The notes below the pieces were generated by a model. The model was not told the DNA's origin. It ran no database searches and saw nothing but the letters and a program-made list of their open reading frames with translations. Made by a program: the position numbers and the translations under genes. This document shows positions 47,992 through 57,264 of a stretch of 64,000 nt of DNA, piece after piece (within the stretch, counting starts at the first letter, position 1; every line of letters begins with the position of its first letter). The stretch is from Dehalococcoidia bacterium (GTDB lineage Bacteria; Chloroflexota; Dehalococcoidia; GIF9; UBA5629), in the NCBI GenBank assembly GCA_041653995.1, contig JBAZEK010000001.1, forward strand, positions 1,184,747-1,248,746. Direction: 5' to 3'.

Positions 47992-50253
47992 ATGGCAGCT
48001 GACAGTTCACATATACGACGGCAAGCTGCGCGCAGCGGATTCACTCTGTGCGAGGCTATAATACGGTCGTTCTCCCGGCTATCGATCAAAGAGGGCGCGC
48101 CCTGGCGCACACTGCTGGCCGTTTCGGCCAACTCTCAGGCCGTGGTTGAGGCGGCCCTGCTTGCGGCCAGGCAGGCGGAATGCCCCATATTTTTCGCAGC
48201 TACGCTCAACCAGGTCGACATCGATGGGGGCTATACTGGTTGGGATCATGCGAGCTTCGCTACCCTGGTACGGCGCACTGCCGGAAAAACGGATTTCAAA
48301 GGCCCCATTCTGCTCGGGGTAGACCATGCCGGACCCTGGCTGCGCGACAGGCACACCAGTGAAAAATGGCCTTACAGCCGTACAATGAAAGCGGTCGAAA
48401 TATCTCTGGAATCGGCTATTGCAGCAGGATTCGACCTGCTTCATATCGATCCCACCGTTGACCGGGGCCTTCATCCCGGCGGAACACTGCAACTTAACAC
48501 GATCATTGACAGGACCGTCCAGCTGATCAAGCACTGCGAGTCCTTCCGCATCAAACACAGACTGCCCCCGGTGGCATACGAGGTAGGCACCGAGGAGGTC
48601 AAGGGCGGGCTGGCAGATGAAAACATGTTCAGCAATTTCCTGTCTGGCCTGCGTATAAGGATGACGCAGGAAGGACTGAGCCGGGCATGGCCGTGCTTTA
48701 TCGTGGGTAAAGTTGGAACGGACCTGGACACGACCCTGTTCAGCCCGCAGATGGCGCAGGAGCTTTATGATATCGCACGCCACTATAACCTGGTGCTGAA
48801 GGGACATTACACCGACAACGTGGAAAATCCGGTCGCCTACCCGGCCAGCAGAATGGGGGGCGCCAACGTCGGACCCGAATTTACCGAAGTCGAATGCGAT
48901 GCCCTTTTCGAGCTTGAATCGAGGGAAAAGTCTGCCCATGTCAGGAACGCTGCAGAGCCTTCGATATTTAAAGAATCTCTCGCACAGGCTGTGATCCGGT
49001 CCGGCAGATGGCGTAAATGGCTTCACCCGGAGGAGGCCGGCAAGCCGTTCGACGCGCTACCCGCCGAAAGGCAAAACTGGCTGCTCAAGACAGGCGCGCG
49101 CTACATCTGGACGGACAGGAAGGTAAGGGAAGCGCGCAAACGCCTGTATGCAAATCTGGTAAAAGACGGTTTCGATCCCCACCGGTATGTGGTCGAGCGC
49201 ATCTCGCAGCAGATATTGAAATACTTCCGCGCCTTCAACCTGTATGGCTCAATCCCCGTGCTTGAAAAGGAATTCGAGCGGCGCAGAAGGCTCCCGTTCT
49301 GGGACGAAGGGCAGGTGCTGGCCGCGGGAGAATTGATCGTAGAGATCATGCGCCCGTCGGTGGACATGCCTCTGGATACAACCGGACGATTCGTGGGGCC
49401 ATTCCCCAGCGGCGCACCCGCCATCTTCGCGGATGCCTCCGCGCGTATAGGGAAACGGACAGGCTTTGTGGGTTCGCTGGGACAGGACGGCTTCGGCCGT
49501 CTGCTACTGAGTAGGTTCACGAATGACGGCATTGACCACAAACTCATAGCTTCAATCAAGGGCCGGCCCACGGGCTGCGCCTTTGTGGCCTATGACAGGG
49601 ATGGCGGGCGTAACTTTATCTTTCACATCGCGGGCACCGCCTCCGACCGCCTGCCTTCTATCTCACGGGCCGTGAAATATGCAAGGTCTTTCCGCCACCT
49701 GCACCTTATGGGCTGCTCGCTCTCCATAAGCAGCGCCATAAGAGAAGCCTGTATGGCGATGGCGGAGGCTATCAAAGAGTCTGGCGGCAGCGTCAGCCTC
49801 GATCCCAATTTACGGCCGGAATTGCTCTCAGCCGGGGAGTGCAGAAACATACTGTTGCCCGTTGTTCGCCTGGCAGATATCGTTCTTCCCAGCGGGAACG
49901 AGGCCGGCCTGCTGGTGCATGAACCCGATATCGATACTGCCTGCCTCCGCCTGATCGAGTTGGGAGTGAAGATCGTGGTGCTTAAAAAAGGCGACAGCGG
50001 CTGCCGCGTGTTCACCCGCGAATCCACCTTCGACGTCCCAGGTTTCAAAGTAAATGCCGTCGACCCCACCGGCGCGGGCGACTGCTTCGATGCCGGTTTC
50101 ATCAGCGGCTACCTCGATAATCTGCCGCTTTACGAGACAGCCAGACTGGCCAATGCCATGGGCGCTCTGGCCGCATCCAGACTGGGACCGATGGAGGGCG
50201 CCTTCAGCCTCAACGAGGTTATGAACTTTATAAAAAAACAGCGGCGGGATTAA
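47992..50253 (+). CDS. Fusion protein: an N-terminal GatZ/KbaZ-family domain (tagatose-bisphosphate aldolase non-catalytic subunit / AgaZ) and a C-terminal PfkB-family carbohydrate kinase
   Basis: N-terminus aligns with E. coli GatZ (ATLNQVDIDGGYTGW, GVDHAGPW, GFDLLHIDPT, YEVGTEEV). C-terminus has the PfkB signature DPTGAGDCF and a GG dipeptide region. Confidence 0.7.
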   Translation: MAADSSHIRRQAARSGFTLCEAIIRSFSRLSIKEGAPWRTLLAVSANSQAVVEAALLAARQAECPIFFAATLNQVDIDGGYTGWDHASFATLVRRTAGKTDFKGPILLGVDHAGPWLRDRHTSEKWPYSRTMKAVEISLESAIAAGFDLLHIDPTVDRGLHPGGTLQLNTIIDRTVQLIKHCESFRIKHRLPPVAYEVGTEEVKGGLADENMFSNFLSGLRIRMTQEGLSRAWPCFIVGKVGTDLDTTLFSPQMAQELYDIARHYNLVLKGHYTDNVENPVAYPASRMGGANVGPEFTEVECDALFELESREKSAHVRNAAEPSIFKESLAQAVIRSGRWRKWLHPEEAGKPFDALPAERQNWLLKTGARYIWTDRKVREARKRLYANLVKDGFDPHRYVVERISQQILKYFRAFNLYGSIPVLEKEFERRRRLPFWDEGQVLAAGELIVEIMRPSVDMPLDTTGRFVGPFPSGAPAIFADASARIGKRTGFVGSLGQDGFGRLLLSRFTNDGIDHKLIASIKGRPTGCAFVAYDRDGGRNFIFHIAGTASDRLPSISRAVKYARSFRHLHLMGCSLSISSAIREACMAMAEAIKESGGSVSLDPNLRPELLSAGECRNILLPVVRLADIVLPSGNEAGLLVHEPDIDTACLRLIELGVKIVVLKKGDSGCRVFTRESTFDVPGFKVNAVDPTGAGDCFDAGFISGYLDNLPLYETARLANAMGALAASRLGPMEGAFSLNEVMNFIKKQRRD

Positions 50254-50279
50254 TAATCCCGCCGCCGTCCCTTCGGCGT

Positions 50280-51968
50280 TTATTTGCCCTTTGCCCGGTC
50301 CTCCTCCTGCAGCACGCGCCGCAGCACCTTGCCCACCATAGTCTTGGGCAGAGCATCGCGGAACTCCACATGCTTGGGCACCTTGTAGGCAGTCAGCTTC
50401 TCACGGCAGAAGACCTGTATCTCCTCGACCGTGCATGATTGGTCTGTTCTCAATACCACCCATGCTTTCACGGCTTCGCCCTGCGCGGCATCTGGCACGC
50501 CGGCCACACCCACCTCGAGCACGGCGGGATGCTGAGCGATGATCTCCTCGATCTCCACCGGGAAGACCTGATGGCCGCTGGGCTTGATCAGGTCCTTCTT
50601 GCGGGATGTTATAAAGAGATATCCGTCCTCATCCAGGTAACCTATATCGCCGGTATACAGCCAGCCATCGCGCAGCATCTCTGCAGTAGCTTCAGGACGG
50701 TTCCAGTAACCCTGCATGATGTGTGGCCCCCTGGCTATGATCTCGCCGGCGTCACCGGCCTGGAGTTCAGTTTTTCCCGTATCTATATCGACTATCTTGA
50801 TGACGGTATCAGGGGTGGGCATGCCAACCGCCCCCTCCTTCCATTTGCCCAGGAACGGACCCATAGCGAGCACGCCCGATTCCGTAAGGCCGTAAGCTTC
50901 CACAATCTTGCCGCCCGTGACCACCTCCCACTGCCGCTTGGTCTCAGGCAGAAGGGGAGCCGCAGCAGCCACCGACGACTTCATGGTCTTGAAATCGATC
51001 TTGCCCGACTTGACCTCGGGCCTGTTCATAAGCCCGATGAAGATGGCCGAGATGGCGGGGAAGAAGGCCGGTTTGACCTTTTTAATCGTGGCCAGAACAT
51101 CCTTTACCTCGCGAGGATTGGGGATAAGAGCCGTGGGATAACGGCCTGCGATGGCTGTAGACAGCAAAATTACATTGCCGTAAACATGGAAGAAAGGCAT
51201 TAGCAACACGAGCACATCCGTCCAATCCGTTGCCAGCGGCTTGGACCAGGAATGTATCTGCCGGCCGTTCATGAATATGGCCTCATGGCTCAGCATCACG
51301 GCTTTGGGCGTGCCCGTCGTGCCGCCACTGAACAGCAGCAGGCCGGTATCTTTACCGCTCACCTTGACGTCAGGTTTCTTATCGCCGGCATGTTTCTTCA
51401 TCAGGTCCTGCAGCCAGATGTCGTTTCCCTGCACCTTTTCCAGATATTGTCCCTGTTTTTTCTCCATCAGCAGAGTGAACATCAGTTTAATAAAAGGCGA
51501 CAGGTATTCTTTGACGCTGGTAACGATAAGCAGTCGCAGCTTGGTGCGTCCCTGGATTTTCTTCACCAGGTCGTAGAATGCAGTCAGCACAATTGCAACT
51601 TCGGCGCCGCATTCCTTGAGCGCAAATTCGAGCTCCGCCTCGCTGTAGAGCGGGTTAACCGGCACGGCGATAGCTCCGGCTTTCCAGATGGCAAGCTGGC
51701 TAATGACTATATTGGGTGAGTTGGGCATCAGCATGACAACGCGGTCGCCCTTCTTAACCCCCTGAGCCGCAAGGCCGGCAGCCAGTATATCGCTCAGGTG
51801 GTCGACTTCCTTGTAGGTCATCCACCTGCCCTTGAACCAGATCATTTTATGCGCGGGCCTCTCCCGGGCAACATCCGCGACGTCTTCGAAAAGCTTCTTA
51901 TCGGGATAGGGTTGTAAAGTTTTGGGTACACCCTTGTCGTAATGCTTGAACCATGGATAGTCTGCCAT
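50280..51968 (-). CDS. Long-chain-fatty-acid--CoA ligase (FadD-like AMP-dependent synthetase), paralog 1 of 7
   Basis: YPWFKHYDKGVP N-terminus, LFSGGTTGTPKAV (AMP motif), YGLTE, TGDIGYLDEDGY, and a C-terminal YKVPKHVEFRDALPKTMVGKVLRRVL matching E. coli FadD. Start at the ATG with a GGAGGAG SD. Confidence 0.85.
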   Translation of the reverse strand: MADYPWFKHYDKGVPKTLQPYPDKKLFEDVADVARERPAHKMIWFKGRWMTYKEVDHLSDILAAGLAAQGVKKGDRVVMLMPNSPNIVISQLAIWKAGAIAVPVNPLYSEAELEFALKECGAEVAIVLTAFYDLVKKIQGRTKLRLLIVTSVKEYLSPFIKLMFTLLMEKKQGQYLEKVQGNDIWLQDLMKKHAGDKKPDVKVSGKDTGLLLFSGGTTGTPKAVMLSHEAIFMNGRQIHSWSKPLATDWTDVLVLLMPFFHVYGNVILLSTAIAGRYPTALIPNPREVKDVLATIKKVKPAFFPAISAIFIGLMNRPEVKSGKIDFKTMKSSVAAAAPLLPETKRQWEVVTGGKIVEAYGLTESGVLAMGPFLGKWKEGAVGMPTPDTVIKIVDIDTGKTELQAGDAGEIIARGPHIMQGYWNRPEATAEMLRDGWLYTGDIGYLDEDGYLFITSRKKDLIKPSGHQVFPVEIEEIIAQHPAVLEVGVAGVPDAAQGEAVKAWVVLRTDQSCTVEEIQVFCREKLTAYKVPKHVEFRDALPKTMVGKVLRRVLQEEDRAKGK

Positions 51969-52013
51969 TAAGATCTCCTCCATTATTTATGTTTATTATT
52001 TATAAGTGTGCTG

Positions 52014-53675
52014 CTACGATGGTTTTTTAGCCTTTTCCTCCTCCTGCAACACCCTCCTCAGTATTTTACCAACGAGTGTCTTGGGCAATGCGTCGCGGAA
52101 CTCGATAAACTTGGGCACCTTGTAGGCTGTTAATTTGTCCTTGCAGAAAGATTGAAGCTCTTCTGCAGAGACATTCTGTCCCGGACGCAGGATCACCCAT
52201 GCCTTAACAGCCTCAACCTGTTTCGGATCCGGTATCCCCGCCACGCAGGCCTCTGCTACAGCGGGATGAGTGGTGAGTATCTCCTCCACTTCCTTCGGCC
52301 AGACCTGGTGGCCGCTGGGCTTGATGAGATCTTTCTTGCGCGAGGTCAGGTAGAGGTAACCGTCCTTGTCCATATAGCCGATGTCACCCGTATACAGCCA
52401 GCCGTCCCTGATCATCTCCGCTGTGCCTTTGGGATTGTTCCAGTAGCCCTGCATGATCTGCGGGCCTTTGCCGACTACCTCGCCTTCCTCGCCGTAAGGT
52501 AACTCCTTATCAGGATCCGCGACATCTACGAATTTAATTATGACATCGGGCAGGGGCAGGCCGACCGCGCCTTCCTTCCATTGACCCTTGAGCGGGCCGA
52601 CAGTAAACACAACTGTGGATTCTGTAAGGCCATAGGCCTCGAGAATGGGGGCGCCCGTCATAGCTTCCCAGCGCTGCTTGGTTTCGACCATCAGCGGTAT
52701 GGCCCCTGAGAGGCAATATTTCAGGCAGGTGAAGTCCACCTTCCCCGCCGCGACTTCAGGGTGCGCCATCAAGCCGATGAACAACGTAGGCACACCGGGC
52801 ATAGAGCCGGGCCGAACCTTCCTGATGGTGTCGATCACGTCATCGAGGTCACGCGGATTGGCCACAACTGCCAGCGGGCTGCGAACACAGAGGGAACTGG
52901 CGATAACCCCGTTAAAGCCATAGGCATGGAACAGGGGCATGAGCGCCATCGTGTAGTCGTCGTGAGTTATCAGGCCCTGTTTGTTCCAACTATTGGTCTG
53001 AAGGCCGACCGCCGCCATGTTCCTGAAGGAAAGCATAGCGCCCTTGGGAGCACCGGTTGTTCCGCCGCTGAACAAAATGATAGCGGTATCATCCATCCTG
53101 GGTTTTACAACAGGAGCGGGATCCTTGGCGTGTTTGTCCATGAACTCGTCCATCCACACATCGCCCTTCTCAAGCTGCACGGTATGCGGCTTCTTTGCTT
53201 CCGGAAGCATGTAGTCTTCGAGCGAGGTGGCGATAACCTTTTTCAGCTTGGTGCGCGACTGTACCTTCTTGATATTTGCATACAGCAGGTCCCAGACAAT
53301 GATTATCTCCGCATCTACAGTGGTCAGCGCATGTACCAGTTCATCCTCGTTATACAAAGGATTAAGCGGAACAAAAATGGCGCCGGCCTTCATAGTGCCG
53401 AAGGCGGCTATAAGCTGCTGAGGTGTATTGAGTAACATGGTGGCCACGCGGTCTCCCTGCTTCACGCCGTTGGCGATCAGCGCCGAAGCCATTATCTCGA
53501 AAAGCCTGCTTGCCTCCTTGTAAGAGAAATACCTTCCCTTGAAATACATGAATGTGTGATCCGGCATCTCGCGGGTTGTGTCCGCTATGACATCAAGTAA
53601 AGTGATTTCCGGATATGGCGCCAGGGAATGGGGCACCCCTGCATCGTAAGATTTGTACCATGGATAATCCGCCAC
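52014..53675 (-). CDS. FadD-like acyl-CoA synthetase, paralog 2
   Basis: Same motif set (LFSGGTTGAPKG, YGLTE, TGDIGYMDKDGY, GKILRRVL). GTG start preceded by GAGGAGG. Confidence 0.8.
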   Translation of the reverse strand: MADYPWYKSYDAGVPHSLAPYPEITLLDVIADTTREMPDHTFMYFKGRYFSYKEASRLFEIMASALIANGVKQGDRVATMLLNTPQQLIAAFGTMKAGAIFVPLNPLYNEDELVHALTTVDAEIIIVWDLLYANIKKVQSRTKLKKVIATSLEDYMLPEAKKPHTVQLEKGDVWMDEFMDKHAKDPAPVVKPRMDDTAIILFSGGTTGAPKGAMLSFRNMAAVGLQTNSWNKQGLITHDDYTMALMPLFHAYGFNGVIASSLCVRSPLAVVANPRDLDDVIDTIRKVRPGSMPGVPTLFIGLMAHPEVAAGKVDFTCLKYCLSGAIPLMVETKQRWEAMTGAPILEAYGLTESTVVFTVGPLKGQWKEGAVGLPLPDVIIKFVDVADPDKELPYGEEGEVVGKGPQIMQGYWNNPKGTAEMIRDGWLYTGDIGYMDKDGYLYLTSRKKDLIKPSGHQVWPKEVEEILTTHPAVAEACVAGIPDPKQVEAVKAWVILRPGQNVSAEELQSFCKDKLTAYKVPKFIEFRDALPKTLVGKILRRVLQEEEKAKKPS

Positions 53676-53763
53676 TTTAAACCTCCTCAAACAATATTTA
53701 CGGCATATTTTAAACGCGCTGCTAATTATACTAAATTAACCGGGCGCTCTATATCCCCGACTT

Positions 53764-55407
53764 TTACTTGCTTTTCTCCTCATCCTGTAGAATTCTACGC
53801 AGTACCTTACCCACGAATGTTTTGGGCAGCTCTTTACGGAACTCGAAGTGCTTGGGAACTTTGTAGCCGGTGAGTTTCTCCCTGCAATATTTCTGCAATT
53901 CCTCTGCAGTCACGCTTTTCCCCTCTTTCAGCACGACCCAGGCCTTGACGGCTTCCATCTGTCTGGGATCAGGTATCCCGCCCACACATACTTCAGCCAC
54001 GGCCGGATGCTCCTGGAGAATCTCTTCCACCTCACGCGGCCAGACCTGGAAGCCACCGCATTTTATCAGGTCCTTCTTGCGAGACGTCAGAAAGATATAG
54101 CCATCCTCATCCATGTAGCCGATATCGCCGGTGTAAAGCCAGCCGTCCCGCAGAATCTCTTTGGTCTCTTCCGGCCGTTTCCAATAGCCCTGCATGAGCT
54201 GCGGCGCCTTGATAATAATCTCTCCCGGCTGCCCGACAGGCATACCTGAAGACCCGCTGTCTATATCAACGATACGTACAATGGTATCCGGCAGGGGCAG
54301 GCCTATGGAGCCCTCCTTCCATTTACCCTTGGCAGGAGTGGTAAGCATGGCCATGCCGCTCTCAGTGAGTGCGTAACCCTCGGTCAACCGGCCGCTGATA
54401 TGCTTCTCGAACTGCTCCTTGGTCTCACGCATCAGCGGCGCTGCGCCCGATGTAGCCATGCGAATGGTTTTGAGATCACCCATTTTGAGATCCGGATATT
54501 CCAGCATGGAGATGAACATGGTGGGAGCGGCCCCCATATTAGTAATACCTTGATTCTTAATAGTTTCAATCATGCCCTTGATATCACGCGGATTGGCGAT
54601 GAGCACCGAGATATTATGCTGAACCAGCGCCATCCCGAAGCTGGCATAGATGCCGAAAGCATGGAAGAGCGGCAGAGGCACAAGGAATTTTTCGTCCCAC
54701 CAGAGTGAAATCTCGCGGAACCAGGCCTCCACCTGCATACCTGTGATCACCAGGGACTTATGGCTCTCCATAACACCCTTGGGAGTGCCCGTGGTGCCTC
54801 CCGAGAACAGGATCAAGGCTGTATCGTCCGGCGCCACTTTTACGCCGGGGACCGGTTTTCCTGCATATTTCCTGCTAAGGTCGAGCCACCAGTCGTCGCC
54901 TGGCTCAATAGCGGTCGCCGCCTTCTCTTTATTCGGCACGGTGTAATCATCGAATTCAGCCAGGATAACGTTGCGTACGCTGGTTTTCTTCTGCAGCCTT
55001 TTGACCATGGGATACCACAGGTTTAGCACCACCGCTGTTTCAGCATCGATATCATTTAACCTCGCTTCCAGTTCGAACTCGGTGTAGAGTGGATTGAGCG
55101 GCACCACAATAGCGCCCAGCTTCCAGGCCGCGAAGAAAATAATATACTCCTGGGGGCAGTTAAGGAAGAGCACGGCTATGCGGTCACCCTTCTTCACACC
55201 CATGGAAGCCAGCGCCGCAGCCATAGCATCGCTCTCACTGACGATCTCTTTATAGCTGAGCTTCCTGTCCTGGAAGATGATCATGGGATAATCAGGACGC
55301 TCGTTTTTAGCTTCCAGCAAGACATCCATAATGGTCTTACGGGGGTATGGCTCAAGAGAGCGGGGTACGCCGGGATCATAGCTTTTGTACCATAGATGTT
55401 CGGTCAA
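53764..55407 (-). CDS. FadD-like acyl-CoA synthetase, paralog 3
   Basis: LFSGGTTGTPKGV, YALTE, TGDIGYMDEDGY, GKVLRRIL. TTG start with a GAAGGA SD. Confidence 0.8.
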   Translation of the reverse strand: MTEHLWYKSYDPGVPRSLEPYPRKTIMDVLLEAKNERPDYPMIIFQDRKLSYKEIVSESDAMAAALASMGVKKGDRIAVLFLNCPQEYIIFFAAWKLGAIVVPLNPLYTEFELEARLNDIDAETAVVLNLWYPMVKRLQKKTSVRNVILAEFDDYTVPNKEKAATAIEPGDDWWLDLSRKYAGKPVPGVKVAPDDTALILFSGGTTGTPKGVMESHKSLVITGMQVEAWFREISLWWDEKFLVPLPLFHAFGIYASFGMALVQHNISVLIANPRDIKGMIETIKNQGITNMGAAPTMFISMLEYPDLKMGDLKTIRMATSGAAPLMRETKEQFEKHISGRLTEGYALTESGMAMLTTPAKGKWKEGSIGLPLPDTIVRIVDIDSGSSGMPVGQPGEIIIKAPQLMQGYWKRPEETKEILRDGWLYTGDIGYMDEDGYIFLTSRKKDLIKCGGFQVWPREVEEILQEHPAVAEVCVGGIPDPRQMEAVKAWVVLKEGKSVTAEELQKYCREKLTGYKVPKHFEFRKELPKTFVGKVLRRILQDEEKSK

Positions 55408-55421
55408 CTCAGCATCCTTCA

Positions 55422-55451
55422 GACCGGTCCCGGCAGCCGCCGGGACCGGTC
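55422..55451. terminator. Perfect 13-bp GC-rich stem-loop (GACCGGTCCCGGC...GCCGGGACCGGTC) between paralogs 4 and 3, flanked by an A/T-rich tract
   Basis: Read directly. On the plus strand it is followed by TTCATTATTTTT. On the minus strand it follows the paralog-4 stop. Confidence 0.45.
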
Positions 55452-55482
55452 TTCATTATTTTTAAAATTTAAAAATAACCTG

Positions 55483-57171
55483 CTATTTTGCTTTGGCTTT
55501 CTCCTCCTCCACCAGTACCCTTCTCAGCACCTTGCCCACCATAGTTTTGGGCAACTCGGTTCGGAACTCGACAAATTTAGGTATCTTGTAGGCCACCAGC
55601 TTCTCCTTGCACCAGGCCTGTATCTCCTCCGCTGTAGCGGTCTTGCCCGCCTCCATCACCACCCAGGCCTTAACCGCCTCACCCTGCTTGGCATCAGGTA
55701 TGCCGGCCACGCAGGCTTCGGCCACATCAGGATGTGCAGCTATGACTTCCTCGACCTCCCGCGGCCATACCTGGAAACCGCTGGGCTTGATCAGGTCCTT
55801 TTTACGCGAGGTGATGAAAAGATAACCATCCTCATCCAGATACCCGATATCGCCGGTGTAGAGCCAGCCATCCCGCAGCATCTCCTTGGTCTCCTCAGGC
55901 CTGTTCCAGTATCCCACCATGAGCTGCGGCGCCTTAATAACTATTTCGCCTTCCTGTCCGGCGGGTAAATCGCCCTCACCCGTCTCCAAATCGCCGATCC
56001 TGGCAATCACATCGGGCAGCGGCATGCCGGTGGAACCCTCCTTCCATTTGCCCAGGTAAGGTGTAACGCAGGAGGCCATGGTAGCCTCGGTCATGGCATA
56101 GCCTTCGACTATCCGGCCGCCCGTCAATTCCTCAAAGCGTCTCTTGGTATCGGCCAGCAGCGGAGCGGCGCCGGACACACAGAACTTCATCGATTTGAAA
56201 TCGACTTTCCCGGCTTTGACCTTGGGATGCTCCAGCAGAGCAATATAAAGGGCGGGAACTGCCGGGAAGAAAGTCGGTTTATCATGTTGAATAGTAGCTA
56301 TCAAATCTTCGCGGTCGCGAGGATTGGGAACGAGGGACAATGTCACATGGCATACTATGGCGGTGCTCATAACACCATAGGTCGCGTATACATGGAAAAG
56401 CGGCAGGCAGGCCATGATGACATCCTTGTAGCTCTCGATCATGCCACCGAACCACGCAGCATACTGCAGGGCTGTTATCACCATGGAATGATGCGTGCCT
56501 ACCACGCCCTTGGGGGTGCCCGTGGTGCCGCCGCTGAACAGTATGAGTGCAGGATCCTGCGGTGCAACCTTCACATCCGGCCGCCCGGCGCCGGCATACT
56601 GCTTGATCAGGTCCGTCATCCACAAATCTCCCTGCTCCAGTTCTACATAGTGACCTTCCTTTTTCTCCTTGACCAGCGTGAACAACACCTTAAGCACCGG
56701 CGGGAGGTAATCCTTGATGCTGGTAGCTATGACCAGCTTTACGCTGGTGCGCGGCTGTATCTTCTTAAACTGCTTGTAGAACATGGTCAGAACGACTACA
56801 GTCCCAGCCCCGCAATCTTTGAGGGCGTGCTCCAGCTCGCTTTCCGTATACATGGGATTTAAATGCACCAGTATGGCGCCGACCTTCCAGGCCCCCCAGC
56901 GGCAGATAAGCGCCTGCGGGCAGTTGGGCATGAGAAGCGCGACCCTGTCGCCTTTCTTGACGCCTTTGGCAGCCAGGGCAGCCGCGAATTCATCGCTCAG
57001 CTTCTGAAACTCAGCATAGGATATCTTCCTCTTCTTGAAAAGCATCATGGGATAGTCGGGTTTCTCTTTGACTGCCTCATCCACGTAATCTATGAGGGTT
57101 TTCTGGGGATATGGTTCCAGTGTGTGGGGTACACCGGGATCGTAATTCTTTAACCAGCGATATTCTGCCAT
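55483..57171 (-). CDS. FadD-like acyl-CoA synthetase, paralog 4
   Basis: MAEYRWLKNYDPGVP..., LFSGGTTGTPKGV, YAMTE, TGDIGYLDEDGY, GKVLRRVL. ATG with a GGAGG SD at -8. Confidence 0.85.
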   Translation of the reverse strand: MAEYRWLKNYDPGVPHTLEPYPQKTLIDYVDEAVKEKPDYPMMLFKKRKISYAEFQKLSDEFAAALAAKGVKKGDRVALLMPNCPQALICRWGAWKVGAILVHLNPMYTESELEHALKDCGAGTVVVLTMFYKQFKKIQPRTSVKLVIATSIKDYLPPVLKVLFTLVKEKKEGHYVELEQGDLWMTDLIKQYAGAGRPDVKVAPQDPALILFSGGTTGTPKGVVGTHHSMVITALQYAAWFGGMIESYKDVIMACLPLFHVYATYGVMSTAIVCHVTLSLVPNPRDREDLIATIQHDKPTFFPAVPALYIALLEHPKVKAGKVDFKSMKFCVSGAAPLLADTKRRFEELTGGRIVEGYAMTEATMASCVTPYLGKWKEGSTGMPLPDVIARIGDLETGEGDLPAGQEGEIVIKAPQLMVGYWNRPEETKEMLRDGWLYTGDIGYLDEDGYLFITSRKKDLIKPSGFQVWPREVEEVIAAHPDVAEACVAGIPDAKQGEAVKAWVVMEAGKTATAEEIQAWCKEKLVAYKIPKFVEFRTELPKTMVGKVLRRVLVEEEKAKAK

Positions 57172-57221
57172 GCAATCAACCTCCAAATCAATATATTCTA
57201 ATGCCGTGACTATATGTTTAA

Positions 57222-57251
57222 GCAGTCCCCGGCTGTGCAGCCGGGGACTGC
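57222..57251 (-). terminator. Perfect 13-bp stem-loop (GCAGTCCCCGGCT-GTGC-AGCCGGGGACTGC) just downstream of the paralog-5 stop
   Basis: Read directly. Followed on the minus strand by UUAAACAUAUAG. Confidence 0.45.
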
Positions 57252-57264
57252 CTCGTTCACAGAC

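Noticed and set aside
50254-50290. Weak hairpin plus TTTATTT between the convergent GatZ-PfkB gene and ligase 1, as a bidirectional terminator
   Set aside because: The stem is only 4-5 bp. It is not convincing enough to annotate.
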